From NCBI GenBank assembly GCA_021844355.1, contig JAKBTP010000203.1, positions 1 through 38,871 of the forward strand: a DNA stretch of 38,871 bases, read 5' to 3'. The position numbers were made by a program, and so were the translations under genes. A model generated the notes under the pieces. The model did not search any database, was not told the origin of the DNA, and saw only the letters and a list, made by a program, of their open reading frames with translations. Source of the stretch: a bacterium. Its GTDB lineage: Bacteria > Chloroflexota > Dormibacteria > Aeolococcales > Bog-877. Shown one piece after another: positions 17,675-23,631 of the stretch. The stretch's first letter is position 1, and each line of letters opens with the position of its first letter.

Positions 17675-19066
17675 ATGCACTTGATCCTCACTTCCACCCC
17701 GCACCTCACCCCGGTCCCCATCTCCACCGGTGTGGCGACCGCCCTGGTCGCCCTGCTGATGCTTGGCCACATCCAGTTCGCGGCCTTCCAGCAGGGCGGG
17801 TACATCATCCTGGCCGTCACCGACTTCATGGGCTGGAAGCGTCGCAACCCCCACTACGACCGCTTCTCCAAGGGGCTGGTCACAGTGCTGGGGGCGACCT
17901 TCGCGGTGGGGGGCTCCCTGGCGATCTTCGCCGTGATGGTCCTCTTCCTGGGGCTCTGGAGCCACTTCTTCGTGACCCTGGAGCGGATCCTGTTCTGGCC
18001 CTTCGTGGCCGAGGCCGCCGCCTTCGTCGGCGAGATCATCTGCCTCTACCCGCTGTACGCGCGCTGGGACCAGCTGGGACGGGTGAGGGGGCTGCGGGTG
18101 GGTCTCGAGCTCCTCCTCTTCATCAACGCCAGCATCCAGATGCTGATGATCAACGTGGTGGCCTCCTACATGCTGACGCCCCGGCCGGCCTTCAACCTGC
18201 CGCTCATCCTCATGAACCCCACGGAGATCCCTCTGGAGATGCACCGCTTCGTGGGCAACATCGCCTTCGCCGGGGCGATGGTGGCGCTGGTGGCGGGGAT
18301 CCGCCTTCTCTGGCGCTCCCGTCAGCAGCTGCACCGCGCCTACCTGGACTGGATGGGGCACTACGGGCTGATGTGGGCGGTGGGCTTCACCATCGCCCAG
18401 CCCCTGGTCGGGTGGGAGTACGCCAAGGAGATCCAGCTCCACGCCTACGCCTCGTGGTACGAGATGATGCTGGGCGGTCTGTCGGTGGCCTTCCTCTTCC
18501 AGGTGTTCCTCCTGGGGGCGATCTTCACCGTGGGGATCTTCTACCTCTGGCGCCGGGTCCGCGTCAGCGGCTTCCGCTCGCCGGCGCTGGCGGTGTGCAC
18601 CGCCCTCTCCTTCGCGGCCTGGCTGCTTATATCCACCCCTTCATCGCTGGCCTGGAGCTACGAGAGCGTCTTCGCCGCCAACGCCAATGTCCCCATCTGG
18701 CAGGGGGGGCTGCTGATCCCCTGGGGGCAGATGATCCCCTGGAAGCTCACGGCCCTCATCGTCTTCACCGGGGTGGCCATCACCGCGATCACCGTCTATG
18801 CCGTCCACCTCTCCCGGGGCAGGCTGCACTGGGGGGACGCCGGGCGGGGACAGGCCATCTCCCTCATCACCGTGGGCGTGGCCATCTCCCTGATCATGGC
18901 GCTTATGGGGTACATCCGCGAGGACAGCCGGGGCCCCTTCCTGATCACCAACCACATGCTCATCAATCAGCAGCAGAATTACACCCCGCCCTCCACCAGC
19001 GGCCCGGCGCTCAATGGTCCGGCGAGCAATCTGGGGGCCATGGCTCCCACCAGGACCGGACCGTGA
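17675..19066 (+). CDS. cytochrome bd subunit-I-like membrane protein, residue-complete paralogue (B)
   Basis: About 10 TM. TM1 His (LMLGHIQFAAF). FWPFVAEAAAFVGEIICLYPLYARWDQLG versus CydA [29 protein letters not shown] (both Glu retained). TM5 His (EMHRFVGNIAFAGAMVALVAG). C-terminal GYIREDSRGPF versus CydA GWFVAEYGRQPW. The loop after TM6 is only about 20 aa. The ATG lies 1 nt after the cyt b stop. Confidence 0.65.
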   Translation: MHLILTSTPHLTPVPISTGVATALVALLMLGHIQFAAFQQGGYIILAVTDFMGWKRRNPHYDRFSKGLVTVLGATFAVGGSLAIFAVMVLFLGLWSHFFVTLERILFWPFVAEAAAFVGEIICLYPLYARWDQLGRVRGLRVGLELLLFINASIQMLMINVVASYMLTPRPAFNLPLILMNPTEIPLEMHRFVGNIAFAGAMVALVAGIRLLWRSRQQLHRAYLDWMGHYGLMWAVGFTIAQPLVGWEYAKEIQLHAYASWYEMMLGGLSVAFLFQVFLLGAIFTVGIFYLWRRVRVSGFRSPALAVCTALSFAAWLLISTPSSLAWSYESVFAANANVPIWQGGLLIPWGQMIPWKLTALIVFTGVAITAITVYAVHLSRGRLHWGDAGRGQAISLITVGVAISLIMALMGYIREDSRGPFLITNHMLINQQQNYTPPSTSGPALNGPASNLGAMAPTRTGP

Positions 19067-19506
19067 GGCTGGTGTTCAGGCCGATCCGGCGGGCGGGTGA
19101 GGAGCTCCGCGCGGTGACCCGAGAGCCCATCTCCCGGCACCTGGAAACCTACATGGAGATGCACTCCTTCGGCTTCCCCGACCGGCCCACTCCCGAGGAC
19201 CTCCCCGTCTCGGTGCGGATAGCGGCCGCCGCCAAGGAGATCCACGATCGCGCCGCCATCCTCTCGCCGGTACTGCGCCGCTTGGAGAACCTGGGCTGGG
19301 ACGTTCACATCGACGGTGATCAGGTGGTGGCCTCCACCCCCCTGGACCCTGAAGCCGGGTGGGACTTGCTCCGCCATCAGGGGATCGGCGACCAGATCCT
19401 CGGCCTGGCGGAGCGCTCCAGTGACCTCCCGCCGGCGCGAGTGGCGGTCGGTGGAGGCGAGCCGCAGGATCCCTACCTCACCGAGCCCCTTGAGGGCCCG
19501 GGGTAG
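19063..19506 (+). CDS. hypothetical soluble protein (147 aa), last gene of the Rieske/cyt b/bd-like operon
   Basis: GTG at 19063 forms a GTGA overlap with the stop of the preceding gene. Very strong GC3 bias through the whole frame. No TM segment and no recognisable motif. It lies within the C-terminal part of track ORF 18373..19506. Confidence 0.5.
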   Translation: MRLVFRPIRRAGEELRAVTREPISRHLETYMEMHSFGFPDRPTPEDLPVSVRIAAAAKEIHDRAAILSPVLRRLENLGWDVHIDGDQVVASTPLDPEAGWDLLRHQGIGDQILGLAERSSDLPPARVAVGGGEPQDPYLTEPLEGPG

Positions 19507-20048
19507 GCGGCCACCTCGTCGATCAGCCGGTAGCGCCGAGCCGCTTCCGGCCCGAGGATGAGGGCAGAGGCGAGGTCCGCCTCCACGAGCTCGATCGGCC
19601 GCGCGGTGGCTCGGGCCACCTGCTCCGCCCACCGCTGCTGATCTCTCAACTCGGCGTCGAGGAATCCGGCCAGGTCGGTCAGGGCCCCCTCCATCTGCAG
19701 TCGAGGGGCGGCAAAGGCGAGCCGGCAGTTGGGTGTGGCCACCCGGTGGCCGGCGACCGCCAGCACGCCGAGGCCGGGGCCCCGCACGGCGCCCACCGCC
19801 GTGACCTCGGTCAGGATGCCCAGCGCCGTGATGGTGTCCATGACCGTCAGGGCGGCGCCGAACTCCCCAGACGAGGTGAAGAGGTGGACGCGCGCCGGCT
19901 CGTCGGAGACGGCGTCACGCTCCATGAGCTGGGCGGCCGCGCGGGTGGCCAGCCGCTGGTCCAGGTGTCCCTGGATCAGGATCATCCCCCGCGCGGACAG
20001 CTCCTCCTGGAGCATGGCCCAGCCCGGCGGGGGCGCCTCCTCAGTCAC
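19473..20048 (-). CDS. ClpP-like protein lacking the Ser-His-Asp triad (ClpR-like pseudoprotease)
   Basis: Collinear with the active ClpP in this window, but GMGMSAAAMIL becomes GAVRGPGLGVL (Ser to Gly), IMIHQG becomes LAFAAP (His to Ala), and DIDRDYFL becomes EADLASALIL (Asp lost). GTG at 20048 overlaps the HTH stop by 8 nt; ATG at 20015 is an alternative. Confidence 0.7.
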   Translation of the reverse strand: MTEEAPPPGWAMLQEELSARGMILIQGHLDQRLATRAAAQLMERDAVSDEPARVHLFTSSGEFGAALTVMDTITALGILTEVTAVGAVRGPGLGVLAVAGHRVATPNCRLAFAAPRLQMEGALTDLAGFLDAELRDQQRWAEQVARATARPIELVEADLASALILGPEAARRYRLIDEVAAYPGPSRGSVR

Positions 20049-20256
20049 GCTCCCCCAGGGTGATCTCGACCTGGAGAGCCAGCGCCTGCGCGTACCTGGT
20101 CACCGTGGAGATCCGGACGTCCGCCTTCCCGGCCTCCAGTCGCGCCACGGCGGACTGCGAGGTGCCCATCCTGGCAGCGAGCTCCGTCTGCGAGAGTCCT
20201 GCGGCCAGCCGGCGGGCGGCGAGTTCGACTCCCAGCTTCCGGCGTCGCTCCGCCAT
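20041..20256 (-). CDS. XRE-family helix-turn-helix regulator (ClgR/PopR-like), 71 aa
   Basis: MAERRRKLGVELAARRLAAGLSQTELAARMGTSQSAVARLEAGKADVRISTVTRYAQALAL is a typical Cro/C1 HTH. ATG at 20256 verified. Only the last 71 codons of the 360-aa track ORF are credible; the rest is antisense to clpP. Confidence 0.75.
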   Translation of the reverse strand: MAERRRKLGVELAARRLAAGLSQTELAARMGTSQSAVARLEAGKADVRISTVTRYAQALALQVEITLGERD

Positions 20257-20329
20257 CTCCCGGAACCCTGGGAATGGGGTTTCGTGCCTGCGCCCCGTCA
20301 CCTGGCAGCTCCCCGCCGATGCCGTGTCA

Positions 20330-20366
20330 TACCTTGAATGATATACTTTATCTGATATGAGGAGGG
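20330..20366. promoter_or_regulatory. AT-rich divergent promoter region between the HTH/ClpP-like operon and clpP
   Basis: ccTTGAATgatatactttatctgaTATGAGgaggg is the most AT-rich stretch in the window. It has -35-like TTGAAT (20334-20339), -10-like TATGAG (20356-20361, 16-nt spacer) or TATACT, and a TGATAT direct repeat. Confidence 0.3.
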
Positions 20367-20415
20367 TGGCTGACCCGGTCGCGCCAGGCGGTGGGGCCTC
20401 ACCGGAGCACCGACG

Positions 20416-21108
20416 TTGACCGCCGGCCTGGTCCCGACCGTCCTGGACGGCTCGGCAAGGGGGGAGAGGGCCTACGACATCTTCTCCCTGCTGGTGAAGG
20501 AACGCATCCTCTTCCTGGGAGAGGAGGTGGACGACCGCGTCGCCAACCTGCTGGTGGCGGAGATGCTGTACCTGGAGAGCCAGGACCCGGAGAGCGAGAT
20601 CCAGCTCTACATCAACTCGCCCGGGGGAATGGCCTACGCCGGCTTCGCGATTTACGACGTGATGCAGCAGGTGAGCTGTCCGGTGGCCACCACCTGTATC
20701 GGGATGGGGATGTCGGCCGCTGCGATGATCCTGTGCGGTGGGGCGGCGGGAAGGCGGATGGCGCTCCCCAGCAGCAAGATCATGATCCACCAGGGCACCG
20801 CCGGAACGCGGGGCGCCCCCCGGGACATGGAGATCCAGCTGCGCGAGGTGCTGGCCAACACCCGGCGGATGGCGGAGATCATCGCCCACCACTCCGGTCG
20901 ACCGCTGGCCCAGGTCGAGCGTGATATCGACCGGGACTACTTCCTCACTGCGGCGGAGGCCGTCGAGTACGGGATCATAGACCAGGTCCTGGTCCCGCAC
21001 CGCGGCCTCTCCGCCGCCCAGGCCGCGACTGCTGTGGCAGCGGCGGACTCCGGGGTCCCTGAGGCGTCGTCCCGGGAGGGGGGGAAGACTCCCCACCCAC
21101 CTGGCTGA
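20416..21108 (+). CDS. clpP: ATP-dependent Clp protease proteolytic subunit (catalytically intact)
   Basis: LVPTVLDGSARGERAYDIFSLLVKERILFLG, YINSPGG, GMGMSAAAMIL (Ser), IMIHQG (His), DIDRDYFLTAAEAVEYGIIDQV (Asp). TTG start at 20416 with GGAG 8 nt upstream. C-terminal tail of about 35 aa. Confidence 0.9.
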   Translation: MTAGLVPTVLDGSARGERAYDIFSLLVKERILFLGEEVDDRVANLLVAEMLYLESQDPESEIQLYINSPGGMAYAGFAIYDVMQQVSCPVATTCIGMGMSAAAMILCGGAAGRRMALPSSKIMIHQGTAGTRGAPRDMEIQLREVLANTRRMAEIIAHHSGRPLAQVERDIDRDYFLTAAEAVEYGIIDQVLVPHRGLSAAQAATAVAAADSGVPEASSREGGKTPHPPG

Positions 21109-21220
21109 GGCGCTGCGGGGCACGCCCGTGTCGCCGCGGTCGCACGGTGCCCCCGGGCGGGCACGGCCCCGGCTGCCTTGGGCTTCCAGGCCGCTCCCTA
21201 AGTCTGCCCCCCGGTGGCTG

Positions 21221-21889
21221 TCAGGAGGGGGGGCGCCCGTGGCGCGCCAGATAGGCGGCGGCCTCAGCTCGCCGGGCCACCTCCAGCTTGTCCAGGATGC
21301 TGGACACGTAGTTCTTGATGGTCTTCTCGGCCAGGTGGAGCTCCGCGGCGATCTCCCGGTTGGTGCGCCCAGCAGCCACCCGGCTCAGGATGCGCTCCTC
21401 CTGGGCTGTGAGGCGCGCCAGGCGTTCGTCGCGAAGCCGGCTTCTGGCCTCTCGCCACTGGTCCAGGACCGTCCGGGTGAGGGCCGGGTCCAGCAGGCTT
21501 CCCCCGGCTCCGATGGCCCGGACCGCGGCCACTATCTCCCCACCGCGGATCTGCTTCAGGAGATAACCGGCCGCGCCGGCCATGATCGAGGCGAACAGCG
21601 CCTCGTCGTCCGCGAAGGAGGTGAGCATGAGGACCTTCGTGTCTGGCCTCCGGGCTCGAATCTCCCGGGTCGCCTCGATCCCACTTCCCGACCCCAGGCG
21701 CACGTCCATCAGGACGACGTCGGGGCTGGTGCGCTCGGACTCCCGGATCGCCGCCGCCTCGTCCGCGGCCTCAGCGACGATCTCGAACTCTCCGGAGGCG
21801 CCCAGGACCGCGCGGAGGCCGTCTCGGACCAGCTCGTGGTCGTCGACCAGCATCACCCGCAACCGACTGCGCGGGGGTTGCTCAGCCAT
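21221..21889 (-). CDS. NarL/LuxR-family response regulator (DosR/DevR-like)
   Basis: Receiver domain (RVMLVDDHELVRDGL, VVLMDVRLGSGSGIE, KVLMLTSF) plus LuxR HTH (LTAQEERILSRVAAGRTNREIAAELHLAEKTIKNYVSSILDKL). The ATG overlaps the kinase stop by 8 nt. Confidence 0.9.
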   Translation of the reverse strand: MAEQPPRSRLRVMLVDDHELVRDGLRAVLGASGEFEIVAEAADEAAAIRESERTSPDVVLMDVRLGSGSGIEATREIRARRPDTKVLMLTSFADDEALFASIMAGAAGYLLKQIRGGEIVAAVRAIGAGGSLLDPALTRTVLDQWREARSRLRDERLARLTAQEERILSRVAAGRTNREIAAELHLAEKTIKNYVSSILDKLEVARRAEAAAYLARHGRPPS

Positions 21890-23492
21890 GGGGCACCACC
21901 AGGCGCAGGCGGGCGCCCTGGCCGGGGGCGGAGGTGATCACCAGCCGGCCCCCCAAGCCCCGAGCTCGATCCCGCATGTTCTGCAACCCCTGGCCGCGCC
22001 CCCGCGCCTTACCCACAGCGAACCCCCGACCGTCGTCGGTGATGGTGACCACGGTGGACCTCGCCTGTGCCCGGGCCCGCACCCGGCAGCTGGCGGCCTG
22101 GGCATGCCGGCCGACGTTGGACAGAGCCTCTCTCGTGAGCTGGAGCAGCTCGCCCGCCTGGGCGCCTAGCCGCTCCTCCACCCCTGCATCCACCTCCACC
22201 ACCGTGTGGACCCCGCTTCGGTCCTGGAAGTCCGCCCCCAGGCGACGCAGGGCCTCGGCCAGCCGGCTGGAGCCCAGGATTCCCGGACGGAGCCCGAAGA
22301 TGTACTGACGAAGGTCCCCGATCACCTGGTCGAGCTCCAGCACCGCCCGTTCGAGCCGCTGGCGGGTGACCTCGTCGGCGGCTGGAGCCACGGCCTGCAA
22401 CCCCATGCCGACGGCGAACAGGGACTGGATCACCCCGTCGTGGAGCTCCTTGGCGATCCTCTCCCGCTCGTCCAGCAGGGCCAGCCGCTGCCGCTCGCGC
22501 TGGCTCTGCTGGAACTCCAGGGCCACGGAGCTCTGGGCGGCCAGCGCGGCGAGCATCTCGACCGCCTCCTGCTCCGGCAGCCGTGCCCCGGCGGGTCCCA
22601 GGGCCAGCAGGGCGCCTCCATTGGGCCCTCCTTCCCCGAATGGCAGGACCGCCAGCGGCGCGGTCCGGGGGCCGCGGCCGTTCCGCGTCGCCGCCGGGAC
22701 CTGTATCACCAGCTGCCGCCCCCGCCGGATCGCGCTGACAACGGGATCCCGGGGGAGGGTACCCAGCCTTCGGGTGAGGGTCCTGGCTCCCGGACCCGCG
22801 GCGGCGAGCACCTCGAGCCCCTGCCGAATGCCAGCGTCCGCGCGAACCAAAAGGGCGGTCCCGCCACCGACCAGCTCCCGGCTGTGCGCGGCCACCAGCC
22901 GCAAGACCTCGGACGGTTCACTTCCGGCGAGGGTGGCCTGGGCCACCTCCCGAAGCGCCGCCAGCCAGTGCTGGCGGGACACTGCCTGCTCGTACAGGGT
23001 GGCGTTGGCTACGGCCACCGCCGCCTGGCCCGCGAGCACCTCCAGCGCCTGCTGGTCGTCCGCGGTGAAGGGCAGTCCACCCTGCTTCTCGGTGAGGTAG
23101 ATGCTCCCGAAGACGGTCCGGCGAATTACTACCGGCGCTCCCAGGAAGGTGTGCATGGGCGGGTGATGGGGTGGGAAGCCCACCGACCTCGGGTCTGAGC
23201 CGAGGTCGTCCAGGCGCAGTGGTGGCCCGGGTCGCAGCAGGGCCCCGAGGATCCCCCGGCCCTCTGGAAGGCTCCCGAGGCGGCTCCGCTCGCCGGTGCT
23301 GATGCCGTGGGTGATGAACTGAGAGATCCCGCCCCCTGGACCAAGGACTCCGAGCGCCCCATACCTCGCCCCGGTGAGCTGGCAGGCGAGCCGCACGATC
23401 CGACGCAGAAGCGATGGCAGCGAGAGCTCGGAGGTGAGCGCCAGGCCCGCCTCCAGCAGTAGGTCACGGCGATCGGAGCTGGCGCTGGCCAC
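21882..23492 (-). CDS. GAF-GAF-HisKA_3-HATPase sensor histidine kinase (DosS/DosT-like)
   Basis: First GAF domain: TGARYGALGVLGPGG...GSLPEGRGILGALL...LRLDDLGSDPRSVGFPPHHPPMHTFLGAPVVIRRTVFGSIYLTEK. From memory this closely matches the haem-pocket region of mycobacterial DosS/DosT. A second GAF follows, then H-box ERIAKELHDGVIQSLF, then an ATPase with DDGRGF and GLQNMRDRA. GTG at 23492 verified; the track ORF runs to 23675. Confidence 0.85.
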   Translation of the reverse strand: MASASSDRRDLLLEAGLALTSELSLPSLLRRIVRLACQLTGARYGALGVLGPGGGISQFITHGISTGERSRLGSLPEGRGILGALLRPGPPLRLDDLGSDPRSVGFPPHHPPMHTFLGAPVVIRRTVFGSIYLTEKQGGLPFTADDQQALEVLAGQAAVAVANATLYEQAVSRQHWLAALREVAQATLAGSEPSEVLRLVAAHSRELVGGGTALLVRADAGIRQGLEVLAAAGPGARTLTRRLGTLPRDPVVSAIRRGRQLVIQVPAATRNGRGPRTAPLAVLPFGEGGPNGGALLALGPAGARLPEQEAVEMLAALAAQSSVALEFQQSQRERQRLALLDERERIAKELHDGVIQSLFAVGMGLQAVAPAADEVTRQRLERAVLELDQVIGDLRQYIFGLRPGILGSSRLAEALRRLGADFQDRSGVHTVVEVDAGVEERLGAQAGELLQLTREALSNVGRHAQAASCRVRARAQARSTVVTITDDGRGFAVGKARGRGQGLQNMRDRARGLGGRLVITSAPGQGARLRLVVPHG

Positions 23493-23520
23493 TGGACAGA
23501 TGAGAACTGTAGCAGCGAAG

Positions 23521-23561
23521 CAGGGCCGAAGGTCCCGAAATTGGCGGGACCTTCGGCCCTG
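23521..23561. repeat. perfect 17-bp inverted repeat with 7-nt spacer (candidate operator or 5'-UTR hairpin)
   Basis: CAGGGCCGAAGGTCCCG aaattgg CGGGACCTTCGGCCCTG; arms at 23521-23537 and 23545-23561 are exact reverse complements. It lies 29 nt from the kinase GTG and 71 nt from the NapH-like ATG, in the divergent intergenic region. Confidence 0.9.
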
Positions 23562-23631
23562 CCGCTTCCGCGGGATATCGCCTACCGTCACCGGTGGAAT
23601 CCCTCGAGTGCCAAAGGAGGTGCATCCCGCC

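Noticed and set aside
20366-20419. Possible 17-codon upstream ORF (GTG 20366, VADPVAPGGGASPEHRR, stop overlapping the clpP TTG start), preceded by a strong GAGGAGGG Shine-Dalgarno-like sequence.
   Set aside because: It is too short to evaluate, has no conservation evidence, and the Shine-Dalgarno-like sequence abuts the GTG with essentially no spacer. It could equally be part of the clpP 5' UTR. Noted only as something ribosome profiling could test.
20257-21123. Upstream 289 codons of the 360-aa minus-strand ORF 20041..21123.
   Set aside because: This part is antisense to the well-supported clpP gene and is compositionally junk. Only the last 71 codons, from ATG 20256, form a coherent XRE HTH protein.
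21109-21220. Possible bidirectional terminator between the convergent clpP and response-regulator genes.
   Set aside because: Only short imperfect GC stems are present (for example CGTG...CACG around CCGCGG), with no U/A tracts. I could not define a convincing hairpin by eye.
23521-23561. Reading the 17-bp inverted repeat as a canonical mycobacterial DosR box.
   Set aside because: The remembered DosR consensus has GGGAC-N4-GTCCC, with half-sites facing each other. Here the order is GTCCC-N11-GGGAC. The pentamers are shared but the architecture differs, so I report only a palindrome of unknown binder.
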